The position numbers and the translations under genes are program-made. This document shows positions 36,261-46,683 of a DNA stretch of 64,000 nt, piece after piece. Location of the stretch: positions 1,950 through 65,949 of IMG/VR virus record IMGVR_UViG_3300032038_000073; one strand, written 5' to 3'. The notes under the pieces are model-generated. The model was given only the letters and a program-made list of their open reading frames with translations, was not told the DNA's origin and searched no databases. Each line of letters starts with the position of its first letter. Position 1 is the stretch's first letter. This DNA is from a virus (taxonomy: Duplodnaviria > Caudoviricetes).

Positions 36261-37030
36261 ATGAAGAAGAACTTTACAATCAACGGCAAGAAGTACACCG
36301 CAAAGTCCATCACCTTCAACGCTATCTGCGACTTTGAGGATATGGGTTTCAGCATCGAGCAGCTTTTCGATAAGCGCATGAGCGGTCTGCGTGTATACCT
36401 TGCTTACTGCGGCAACATGGATGTTGAGACTGCCGGTGCGGAACTTGAGGCCCACTTCATGAGCGGTAAGAACGTTTCTGACTTAGCCGATGCTCTTAAC
36501 GAGGCTGTTCTGGAATCTGGTTTTTTTCGGGCTTTCACGGAGACAACGAAGGAGAGCGATCAGGAGAATCCGGCAGAGGCGGAAGTGGAGAAGTAAAATC
36601 TCAACCTGTCTACTCAACGTGGAAAGAGCGGATACTTTATAACTTCCTTCCTTACGCCTTAACAATCCATGTGCCATATGACCTTTTCTGGACCTTGAAT
36701 CCGGCAGGACTAAAGCCTTTTGAAATGGCTTACGAAACTGAGCAAAAGCTGATAGATGAAAGAGCGTGGGTAGTCGGCAAGTATACCAGTATTGCTGTTC
36801 TTTGGGGCATCGACCATGGCTTCAACGGCAGTAAAGCAACCGTAGAATATCCCGAAAAGCCCTTCTCTCAGCAGGAGCGTGTGACCGAGGAGACCATGAG
36901 TGATGAAAAGATGAAGCAGAATCATGAAGCCCTCTTCGCAATGCTCGACATGATGAAGGCCAACTTCGAGTTGGATCATCCAGAAAAGAAACATCATCCC
37001 ACTGGAAGCGAGGTGGTGACACATGGCTGA
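36261..37030 (+). CDS. tail assembly chaperone G (36261-36596) and -1 frameshifted G-T product (to 37030)
   Basis: T TTT TTT slippery site at 36521-36527; the -1 frame is open from there into 36671-37030. Confidence 0.8.
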
Positions 37031-40000
37031 TGTACAGGTTGACGAGTTAAGTATTAAGTTATCGTCTGCCTTAGATACGAAACTAATCTCTAATCTCAAA
37101 GCAATTAGTGATGGCCTTTCGGCACTGAAAACCTCACTCAATGGGCTGAATGGTCAAAAAGCTGTCAGCGGTATGCAGGCGGTTGGAGCCGGTATTCAAG
37201 ACCTCTCTGCCGCTCTCAAGTCCGTAGATAGCAAGAAACTTGGAGACATAGCCAACTCTGTCTCTAAGCTGAGTTCTGCGAGTGACAAGATTGGCAAGAT
37301 GTTCGGCGGCAGTACCAGTCAGGTCAAAGAGACGAGTAAGGCTGCAAAAGAACTTGATAAGACCCTTAACTCCCTTGTCAACACATATGTAAAAGAGTTG
37401 GGCGTGAAGGGCAAAGAGGGGACCGGCGCAGTAAAGAGTGCCGTTTCCGATGTAATCAAGGGTGCAAAAGACGGTGATGTGTTTGGGAGTATGCTTGAGA
37501 ACTTCGACAAGGCACTTCCCATCATCTACAAGTATGCTGACGGTTTGAAGTATGTTGACAATCAGGCCGCAGATACAGCAAAGAGCGTCCTTGCATACAT
37601 GAAAGGGATCAACTCATACAACAAGGTATTTCTGGATAATCAGGATACCGGGCGTGGCCTTGATTTTGGTCGCAAGCGTATGCAGATGGGTCCTGCCTTT
37701 ACCTCTACAAAACCCACCTCTGGCGGGTTCATGAGGTGGCACGAGTTCATTGATGACTACAATCAAAACTCCGGTGATGTAGTAAGCGAGGATACGGACT
37801 TCTACCAGTTCTATGACCGCATCATGCAGATGAAAAATGCCGAGGAACAGTACCGGCAGTCTGCTATGGCGAGTTCCGAAGTGCGTGATGCTATCAGTGA
37901 AGAGCTGATGAACCTCTGCACGAAGGCACAGGAGGCGGCTAAAGAGTTCACGGACCTGGGAGAGGCAACAAAGAACATCGGCGGTTCTGAATCGGCTACA
38001 GCTACATTCAGCAATCTAAAAACTGCACTCGATTCCCTGTCTGAGATTGAGGCGGTCCCTGATATGTCGTGGCTCACACAAATGAGCAAGGCGTTACAGA
38101 ATCTTGCAAGCCCTGAGATCAGTACAGCAGTTGCCAATATGCCGACTGTGATTACTGGTATCTCTGAACTTACACACGGACTTGCGGGTGTTACGGTTCC
38201 TGACCTCACTGACATTTCCGAACTAATTAAGGTTGTTAGCGGTCTTGGCGGTAAGGGCGTCTCCGGTGCAGTTAATAACCTTCCTCAGTTAGCGAATTAC
38301 CTGACTTCCTTTATGGGGAGCCTTGAACATCTTCCCGAAGTGCCGTTTACCGCAATCGCTGACATTGGCACTCTGGCGAGGGAGATTAGCAAGTTTGGTG
38401 GCAAGAACGCTACTGGCGCAGTTACTAACCTTCCTCAGATGGGAGCGGCAGTCAAACAGCTTCTTAATGATGTTGCCTCTGCTCCGCCTATTGATCCTTC
38501 CGTTGCTCAGACAATCCAGGGATTAGGCAATCTCAATGCTCAAGCTATCAAGGGCCTTATTCAGCTTTCTAACGAATCCGAGAAGTCTGCTAAGAAGGTA
38601 AACGCTCTCAGCAAGGCGTTCAAGGGAGTTGGCAACGCTGGCAAGGGTTTTGTCAGCACGATTGGCAAGGGTATAACCGCCCTCAAAAACCTGAGAAACC
38701 ACACAACTAATCTCGGACAGACCGGCTTTGCTCAACTCACAAAAAGCATCGTCATGGTGCGTACAGCTCTATGGGGCTTACAGCGAGTAGCAAGCGGCTT
38801 CATGGACAGCATCAACCTTGCGTCTGACCTCGTAGAAGTAAACAACGTTATCGACCACGTTTTCGGTAACTACACTACGAAGATTGAGGAAATCGCTGAC
38901 ACTTCCATCGAGAAGTTTGGCATTTCTGAGCTAACCTTCAAAAAGACCGCAGGCCAGTTCCAAGCAATGGCTTCTACGATGGGCATTACGGACGATATGG
39001 TATCCGGTGCTACTCAGAAGCTAAAGGAGATGGGCAAGGCCGTTGATGAAAACGGCAAGTATGCCTACGAATCCACCGGCAAGATGCAGGATATGGCTAC
39101 ATCCATCACCGAATGGGTAGCTGATATTGCATCCTTCTACGACATGGATTATGCCGAGGCCGCAACCAAAGCACAGTCCATTTTCAGCGGGACTACCCGG
39201 CCCCTTCGCAGTATCGGTGTCGATTTAACTCAGGCGAACCTTAAAGCCTGGGCGTTGGCTAACGGACTGAACGCTGATATTGAGAATATGACGCAGGCTG
39301 AGAAAGCCACTCTGAGGTTCCAGTACGCCCTCGCCGCTACAAGCGTAGCCACTGGCGACTTCCAGAGAACAACCGGTAGAATGTGTGCCGCATAACACAG
39401 TAATGTGTTGTTGAAAACCGGGCAAATACGGTGAAAGCTAAGTTGATTTAGTCCGCACATTATGATATAATGAACCCAAAGGAGGATTTATATGGGACAT
39501 TATATTTACAAAGTGACGGACTTGACAAACGGAAAACTTTATATCGGGCAAACTATTCATCCACACACAAGGCGGTTGGAACACGAAGCGTGTCATCCAA
39601 ATGAAGATTGCATATTCCACCGAGCATTAGAGGCTCACGGAAGAGAGAACTTCAAGTGGGAGATATTATTTGAGGTTCCTACCAAAAAGATGGCAGATGA
39701 CATGGAAGCCATTATGATCGCTGCCTATGGCTCAAGGCATCCCAATGGATACAATATGGCTATTGGCGGTCAAGGTGGTTCGATGTGGAACGCTCGCCCT
39801 GTTGTTTGCTTAGAGAAAGACGGAACATACGTAGGCCGATACGAGAGTGCTGCAGAAGCGCAGAGGCTTGACGGATATTGCAACTCGGATGTTCTTATTT
39901 CTTGCAAAGACAGAAGCAGACTATGCCGTGGGAAACGTTTTATGTTTGAGGATGAATACAACGAAAATGGCCCTGGTGAGCCTTATAGTCCACCCAAAAA

Positions 40001-43000
40001 CGCACTCAGGAAGGCGATTGTCCAATGCGATTGTAATGGCAATGCTATTGCAAGATACGAAAGCGTTGCAGATGCCTCAAAGATAACTGGGTTTGAAAGA
40101 ACCGGAATATCGAATGCGTTGATAGGCGAAAGAAAATCCACGCATGGATACATTTTCGTTTATGAGAAAGACTATCCGATAAAAGATATGTCCAAATATG
40201 AAGTACACAAAAAGGGAATACCTGTTATGCAAATCGACCCGAAGACTGGCGAGGAGATAGCAAGGTACGACCGCATAGCTGATGCAGGAAGAGCAATCGG
40301 TCGCAACTACAAGATGATTCACAAGGTTCTTGATAGCGAGACTCGCACGGCATATGGGTACTTCTGGAAATCAATAGGCTAATACCGTGCTAACCTCATT
40401 GATTGCGAATAGGCAGTGAGGTAGCGTAGAGCGTAGGTGGTGAATAAATATAATCCACCCAAGAGTGTCCGGCAACCAATAAGGCGTAGCGATACGTCTT
40501 ATTTTTATGGTTGAAAATGTACGCCGACCTTATGGGAAACCATAAGAACCATCGGATAAAAAGCCGGTGGGATAACAATGTGACATGGGCTAACCAAGTC
40601 CGTATTCTTAAAGAGCAGTTCAACGCCTTAAAAACTATCATCGGTACTGGCCTTATTTCTGCCTTAAAGCCGTTTGTTGCCTCAATGAACAGCGCACTTT
40701 CCGGCATCCTTAAATTTGCTCAGAACGTCCTCAATGCTCTCGGCAAAATCTTCGGATGGGAAGTTGAGATAGCCGCAGGCGGAGTTTCGATGGATGATTC
40801 CATTGCTGACTTAGCTGACGGATTATCTGATGTTGGCGCATCTGGTGATGATGCTGCATCTGGCACTGGCAAGGCCGCTAAAGCCCTTGAGGAGTACAAG
40901 AGACAGGTTCTTTCCTTCGATGAACTGCATATGCTCTCTGCTCCCAATGAGAACAACTCTGGCGGTTCTGGCGGTTCTGGTGGCGGAGGTGGCGCAGGCG
41001 GTTCCGGCGGTGCAGGCGGAGGCGGTACTGGCTCTGCCGGTGATGTATCTGTGGCTTTCAAGCGCACTAAGGCCCTCTACGAATCGGAAATTGATACCCT
41101 TGGAGAACTTGGCGACTACATCGGCAAGACGCTGACTGAAACGCTACAGAAGATTGATTGGAATTCTGTCTATGAAGGTGCGAGAAGTTTTGGTACTGGA
41201 CTGGCGAATTTCCTTAATGGCCTTTTCGATGAAGCTAATAACCCATTCCCGCAGCTTGGCAAGACGGTAGCTGGTGCTATCAACACTATCTGGAAAGCGG
41301 GTTCTGGATTTTTGGGGAACCTCAATTTTGAGGATCTTGGAAAGTCGTTAAGCCAAGCCGTAGATAGTTTTATCTTTAACCTTGACTGGAACACGGCCCT
41401 TGTCAATTCTAAGTCCATCGGATTTGGTATTGCGACCGCTCTCAACAGCTTCTTTAAGGAAACCGACTTTACCAGTGTCGGAAAAGCCGTAGCGAATTTC
41501 GTTGGCTTGAAGATCAACGCTGCCTTTGCTTTTTCTGAATTCTTCAACTTTGAGGGAATCGGCACGAAGATTGGCAACGCACTTACTGGCTTTATCAAAG
41601 AGACTGAGTTCTCTAAGGTCGGTAAGACTGTCAGCAACTTCCTTGTCGGTGCTATCAACGGTGCGGCATCTGCCCTTTCAGCCACAGACTTCAAAGCTTT
41701 GGGCGAGGGCATCAAAGAGGCGATTACAAGTATCAACTGGCCCGGACTTGCAGAAGCAGGCGGAAAACTCGCAGGTGCTTTGTTAAAGGCATTTGTTGAT
41801 GGTGTCACCGGCCTGTTTGGAGAGTGGTGGGGGAAGGTAACGGAGAAGTTCAATACAGCCTTCACGGAGATGGAAACATCCCTTAAGGAAAGCGGTGTTG
41901 ACGTTGGCAAGGCCGCCCTTGGCGGTATCGGCGCAGGCATTACCGCACTTCTTGGCGATGGTATCAGCTGGGTATACAAGACCGTTGTTAAGCCTATCAT
42001 TGACGGTTTCATTGACGGTTTCGATATTCACTCTCCGTCTCACGTCATGGAGACATACGGCGGATATATTATCAAGGGCCTATACAACGGAATCCTTGAG
42101 AGTATAAAAGGCATCGGTACTTGGATTGATGAAAACATCGTTTCCCCATTCAGAAAGAAACTTTCAGCGTTCTTTGGCGGCGGAGCAGATGGCTCTTCGG
42201 CTCTTGGTGAAGCCGCTATGTTTGGCAGTAATTTCCTTGAGAGCATCAAGAGCGGTTTTGGAGATGTCAAGGGATGGGTTGACGAGAACGTTGTCAGCAA
42301 GTTCACAGAAGCCTTTGGTGGCGATGGTGAGAATGGTGGCCTTGAAACCAACGTAAAGTTGATCGCAACCGGCGAAGAGGATGACACTTTTTCTGCTGTT
42401 AAAGCTGCGTGGGATTCCATTGTAAGCAAAAAGCCGAAAATCACTGCTGATGCCGCTGACGGTTCAAAGGGCGTTCTGGACAAGTTAAAGACTACCTGGA
42501 GCAAACTCAACGATAAAAAACCGAAGATTACCGGCAAGGCGAAAGATGGCAACCCGAAGACATTTAACCGGTTGACAGGCATCTGGGATAAGGTCGTTTC
42601 TAAAAAGCCACTGCTTACCGGTAAGGCGAGAGATGGCTCTGGTGGCGTACTCGACACGTTAAAGACTGCGTGGAAAAAACTTCACGACAAAGATGCGACC
42701 GTCAAAGGCTATGCTCAAAACAAGAATGCCAGTACCCTTAAAACTCTGCAAGGGTCTTGGGAGAAAGTTTACAATAAGGATGCCACTCTGACAGCGAAAG
42801 CACAGTTCAACTCCTATACAAGCAACATTTCCCCAACCATTGATTCAACCGCAAGAATCACAAAGATAAATGTAGCTGCCGATGCTAAAAACTCTTGGGA
42901 GTATCAACATGCGATGGGGTATGCGGCTAACGGCGGCGTGTTTGCCGGTGGTAAATGGCACGATGTTGCTGCTTACGCAGGCGGCACGGTTTCCGCTCCT

Positions 43001-43282
43001 ACAGGCCAGCTATTTGTCGCTCGTGAAGGCGGTCCTGAACTTGTTGGCTCTCTTGGCAATCATACTGCGGTCCTTAACAATGACCAGATTGTTGCATCGG
43101 TCAGCGCAGGCGTGTATTCGGCTGTAAGGTCGGCTATGTCTGGTGTTAATCCAGGTGGCAACAATCAGGCCCCTATTATTGAGGTAATCGTCAAGACTGA
43201 TAGCGAGACACTTTATCGTCAGGTCAAGCGTGGCGAAAAGACCTATAATGGTCGCTACTCGACTGTGGCAACCGTCATGTAA
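37023..43282 (+). CDS. tape measure protein, spliced (exons 37023-39377 and 40583-43282; about 1684 aa)
   Basis: Joined frame GDFQRTTG|TWANQVRILKEQF; Ala/Gly-rich helical repeats; C-term FVAREGGPELV. Confidence 0.9.
39378..40582 (+). mobile_element. group I intron in tape measure gene
   Basis: P1 CGGU|A with UGCCG; P10 with ACAUG; P (39424), Q (40381), R GTAGAGCGTAG (40426), S AAAATGTACGCCG (40514); terminal G. Confidence 0.9.
39492..40382 (+). CDS. intron-encoded GIY-YIG homing endonuclease with NUMOD1 repeats
   Basis: YIYKVTDLTNGKLYIGQT...RRLEH...GYN; three YESAAEA-type repeats. Confidence 0.93.
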   Translation: MGHYIYKVTDLTNGKLYIGQTIHPHTRRLEHEACHPNEDCIFHRALEAHGRENFKWEILFEVPTKKMADDMEAIMIAAYGSRHPNGYNMAIGGQGGSMWNARPVVCLEKDGTYVGRYESAAEAQRLDGYCNSDVLISCKDRSRLCRGKRFMFEDEYNENGPGEPYSPPKNALRKAIVQCDCNGNAIARYESVADASKITGFERTGISNALIGERKSTHGYIFVYEKDYPIKDMSKYEVHKKGIPVMQIDPKTGEEIARYDRIADAGRAIGRNYKMIHKVLDSETRTAYGYFWKSIG

Positions 43283-43290
43283 TTCTATAT

Positions 43291-43329
43291 CAGCGCATCT
43301 GAGGTTCGTCCCTTGGGTGCGCTGTTTTT
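43291..43329 (+). terminator. rho-independent terminator
   Basis: CAGCGCATCTGAGG...CTTGGGTGCGCTG plus T5. Confidence 0.65.
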
Positions 43330-43349
43330 AATAAAGGATGGTGAAACCA

Positions 43350-43721
43350 ATGAGCATGTTACTGCTTGACGGAGCAGAAATTCGTTGCCCAAGCGAGTTC
43401 AGTTATTCGCTTTATGCGGTCAATTCGCCTGATGCGGGTCGTGATATGGATGGCCTGATGCACATCGAGAAAATCACTGAGAAGAGGACCATCGGCCTTA
43501 CATGGCTTGCACTAAAGCCTTCTGAGGCCCATGCGATTCTCAACGCTTTCCTCGCACAGCACTACTTTACGGTCACTTACTTCGACCCGGCTCTTAACAG
43601 TAGCGAGAACGAAACGACTACCAAAACTTTCTACTTAGGGGACGTTTCGAGTGCCGTTAAGCTCTGGACCGCTAAGAAGAAACTGTACGCCAATCTGTCA
43701 TTCAACATTATTGAGAGGTGA
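43350..43721 (+). CDS. distal tail protein (Dit-like)
   Basis: DAGRDMDGLMH...TFYLGD...LSFNIIER, directly after the tape measure gene. Confidence 0.8.
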   Translation: MSMLLLDGAEIRCPSEFSYSLYAVNSPDAGRDMDGLMHIEKITEKRTIGLTWLALKPSEAHAILNAFLAQHYFTVTYFDPALNSSENETTTKTFYLGDVSSAVKLWTAKKKLYANLSFNIIER

Positions 43722-43725
43722 CGCT

Positions 43726-43911
43726 ATGGCTGACTATACAAGGGTTAATTGGCAAAACGGAGAACTTGGCAACACTGCTCTTAATGCCGCTAACCTTAAC
43801 AAGATGGACAAGGGAATCAAGGACCTAAGTGACGAGGTTAATGCCATTGCTATCGCAGTCACAGATGATGGGAATGGAAATGTGACAATCGCCATAGGAG
43901 GGACGACATGA
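43726..43911 (+). CDS. small baseplate-associated protein
   Basis: NWQNGELGNTALNAANLNKMDKGI. Confidence 0.65.
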   Translation: MADYTRVNWQNGELGNTALNAANLNKMDKGIKDLSDEVNAIAIAVTDDGNGNVTIAIGGTT

Positions 43912-44450
43912 GCGTATTTGAGAAATCTTTTACTCTTGACGAAAGCCTCCTGATCCTTGGGGCGAGGGGCAGCCATGACGTGCTTGCTATCAGCATTGAC
44001 CTGTCGGAGTGGACTGAGGCTTTAGGCGATGACGGCACGATTGCTGTTACGGCTATCAGGAGCGAGGACGAAGTGCCGTATGCCGTGGAAAATGTGTCCT
44101 TTGCAGACAGCCGTCTGACGTGGGTCGTTTCTGCGGTCGATACCGGATTTGCTGGCTTCGGCAGATTTATGGTCGATTACACCACATCGGCATCTGGATT
44201 ACAGCGCAGTAAGGTGTACAAAACGTATGTCTCGCCGTCCCTCGATGATGCGTCATCGGAGCCTGCGACCTTTGAGTCGTGGTACGACAAGATGCTTCAA
44301 GTTTTGAGCGATACCGAGACCGCCTCGGAAGCTGCTGAGACCGCCCAGGCCGGAGCGGAGAGCGCAAGAAACGAGGCTCAGAGCATCGCAGAAGGCATGG
44401 TCCTCAAGGCGACTGATGACGGCAACGGCAACATTACTCTCACAGTATAA
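43908..44450 (+). CDS. BppU-like upper baseplate protein
   Basis: LGARGSHDV...LTWVVSAVDT..AGFG...RSKVYK. Confidence 0.6.
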   Translation: MSVFEKSFTLDESLLILGARGSHDVLAISIDLSEWTEALGDDGTIAVTAIRSEDEVPYAVENVSFADSRLTWVVSAVDTGFAGFGRFMVDYTTSASGLQRSKVYKTYVSPSLDDASSEPATFESWYDKMLQVLSDTETASEAAETAQAGAESARNEAQSIAEGMVLKATDDGNGNITLTV

Positions 44451-44462
44451 GGAGGGACAATA

Positions 44463-45710
44463 ATGGCATTAACAGTAACGCCCACCGATGAAATGAAAAC
44501 CCTCAAGGTGGGAGAAAAAATCTATGAAATCGTAGATGATGAAGCAAGGACGGACCTGAATACCGTAAAGGCAGATTTATCTCAGTTGCCGACCTTCTCC
44601 GACCTCTACAAGGCTTATCCCACAGACGCCGCAAGCGGTCCTGTAGCGAGTTTTTCCGATGGTGCGGATGGTCTGCCCATGCAGTCCGTGGTCGCTCAGA
44701 TTGAGCCGATTCAGGCGGGGAGCGGCGACCCTTCCCCGGATAATGTAAGACCTATCAGCGGATGGAATGCGGTGAAGGTGAACCATGCGGGGAAGAATGT
44801 ACTTGATTTAAGCAACGTACAACTTGGAACTTGGAACAAATGGGACATTCCAAACACGCTTAAACCGAACACAACTTATAGGTATTCAGTCTCAAATGCA
44901 ACGTATGCCTATGGGCTGTTCATGACGTCTAATCATACAGAAACCGGAGGCGGAGTGATGGTACGCCTCGTCACTTACATTCAGAATAGTTCCGTAACTT
45001 TCACGACTCCGGCTAATGTTGGCGATTATCCGTGGCTCGTATTGGGCGGCGGTAACGGCAATGCAGGCCATGCGGATGCTGATTTTCAGCTTGAACTCGG
45101 CTCCACTGCAACTGATTACGAACCTTACGTCGGCGAATCCGTCACCATTGACCTCGGTCAGACCGTCTACGGCGGAACGCTCGATGTGGTGAGCGGTGAG
45201 TTGACCGTGCTTGGCATAAAAGATGTGTTGACCGTAGTAAATGGCGTTCTCCGTTCTTCGCTTTTTTCCGAAAGCCTCGCAGCACAATCAGTGAGTGTGC
45301 TTGGCGAGAACGTAAGATTAGGTTTAAACCGCAACTCTCAAACCAACAATATGCAAACTGCGTCATCAGAATATAACACAAAGATGGCAAACTTGTGTCA
45401 GCATTACTTTGCCTACGCTTCTGACACAGCACATTGGTACATCAACAATCAGCTTTATTTGTTTTTACCAAAAACGGATGTTGGAGAAACGGTTGAAACA
45501 TTCAAAGCGTTCCTGCAAGAAAACCCGTTTGAAGTGTATGTGCCTCTCGCCACTCCTATCACCGTTTCCCTCACGCCACACGAAATCCGCTCCCTGCTTG
45601 GGGCAAACAACGTGTGGGCGGACAGCGGAGATAGCAAAGTCGTTTACAGGGCGGACCCGACACTGTTTGTTCAGAAGAAAATCGCCGAAGCCGTTGCGGC
45701 GTTATCATGA
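44463..45710 (+). CDS. tail fibre / receptor-binding-like protein
   Basis: QAGSGDPSPDNVRPISG...YGGTLD...TLLGANNVWAD. Confidence 0.65.
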   Translation: MALTVTPTDEMKTLKVGEKIYEIVDDEARTDLNTVKADLSQLPTFSDLYKAYPTDAASGPVASFSDGADGLPMQSVVAQIEPIQAGSGDPSPDNVRPISGWNAVKVNHAGKNVLDLSNVQLGTWNKWDIPNTLKPNTTYRYSVSNATYAYGLFMTSNHTETGGGVMVRLVTYIQNSSVTFTTPANVGDYPWLVLGGGNGNAGHADADFQLELGSTATDYEPYVGESVTIDLGQTVYGGTLDVVSGELTVLGIKDVLTVVNGVLRSSLFSESLAAQSVSVLGENVRLGLNRNSQTNNMQTASSEYNTKMANLCQHYFAYASDTAHWYINNQLYLFLPKTDVGETVETFKAFLQENPFEVYVPLATPITVSLTPHEIRSLLGANNVWADSGDSKVVYRADPTLFVQKKIAEAVAALS

Positions 45711-45720
45711 GGTATGAATT

Positions 45721-46197
45721 ATGACTACATTTGAAATCTATAAATCAACCATTGAAGCAGGCGCATACAACGCCACGACTATGGAAGAACGGATTGAGAC
45801 GGTTTACGCATCGGGCAAAATCACCGCCGATGAACGACTGACCCTTCTCAATCTCTGCGATTCGTCCGCTGACGAAATCCACCAGATTGACGTTGCTCAG
45901 AAGTTGGCAGACCTTGAGGCCCGGATTGCTGTCCTTGAATCCGCAGGTGTGGTCGTGTGGACGAGCGGCCACCAGACCAAGAAGGGTGAGACTGTCCTTT
46001 ATGACATCATCAAAGAGGGTAAGCTACGTTACTGCCGCTATGATGGCGGAAGGTCTTACACTGCTCTGTCTCCCGGAAAAATCGAAGGATGGGTCATTCT
46101 TGCATCTGCCGGGGGCGAGGTTACTCACACGGTCGGCAAGGACGGGGATGGAAAGATTATTTTAGTCCCGGTTGAGAATGAGACCACAGGTGACTGA
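45721..46197 (+). CDS. tail-associated hypothetical protein
   Basis: 158-aa ORF in tail module. Confidence 0.55.
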   Translation: MTTFEIYKSTIEAGAYNATTMEERIETVYASGKITADERLTLLNLCDSSADEIHQIDVAQKLADLEARIAVLESAGVVVWTSGHQTKKGETVLYDIIKEGKLRYCRYDGGRSYTALSPGKIEGWVILASAGGEVTHTVGKDGDGKIILVPVENETTGD

Positions 46198-46304
46198 CGT
46201 AAAGGAGATTGCGCTTGCTTGAGTAGATGTGTGCGGCGAAACGTCTGGTGAAGACGCCACATGCAGGAGAAAGGGCAAGCCAACTCACATAAAGGAGACT
46301 TTTC

Positions 46305-46377
46305 TTCACTTGAGTTTCACTTGGATTTCACTTGGATTTCACTTGGATTTCACTTGAATCTCACTTGAATCTCACTT
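46305..46377 (+). repeat. 11-bp tandem repeat x7 (TCACTTGGATT-like)
   Basis: TCACTT at 46306, 46317, 46328, 46339, 46350, 46361, 46372. Confidence 0.95.
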
Positions 46378-46394
46378 AAAACGTGGAGGTTAAA

Positions 46395-46622
46395 ATGGTA
46401 CAACTCTACATCACTGAGGTCCGCAAAAGTGTGACCGGCGAGTATGAGCATGAGAACTATTGGGTATACGATGAAGATGCAGACAAGGCCCGGCTGAAAG
46501 CTGAGAGCAAGTTCCACGAAGTTCTGTCGCAGGCGGCGGTTTCTGAATTTGCTGAACATGGAGCAATTCTCTTTACCTCTCAGTGCGTACCGCTCATGCA
46601 CCAGTTCTATACTCACAACTGA
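46395..46622 (+). CDS. small hypothetical protein
   Basis: GGAGG RBS; KAESKFHEVLSQAAVS. Confidence 0.6.
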   Translation: MVQLYITEVRKSVTGEYEHENYWVYDEDADKARLKAESKFHEVLSQAAVSEFAEHGAILFTSQCVPLMHQFYTHN

Positions 46623-46683
46623 TCTAACAGGGGGCATCATTTTTGGTGTCCCCTTATTTTTTTATCTTCAAGGAGGATGACAT

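Noticed and set aside
40950-41045. GGC/GGT-rich stretch in the tape measure gene as a second GGY array
   Set aside because: 3-nt periodicity encoding a Gly/Ser linker in frame; no 5-nt phase or GGCAGTT leaders.
46305-46377. 11-bp repeat as CRISPR or as the 35-aa ORF 46261-46368
   Set aside because: No spacers; the ORF has no well-placed RBS and is mostly repeat translation.
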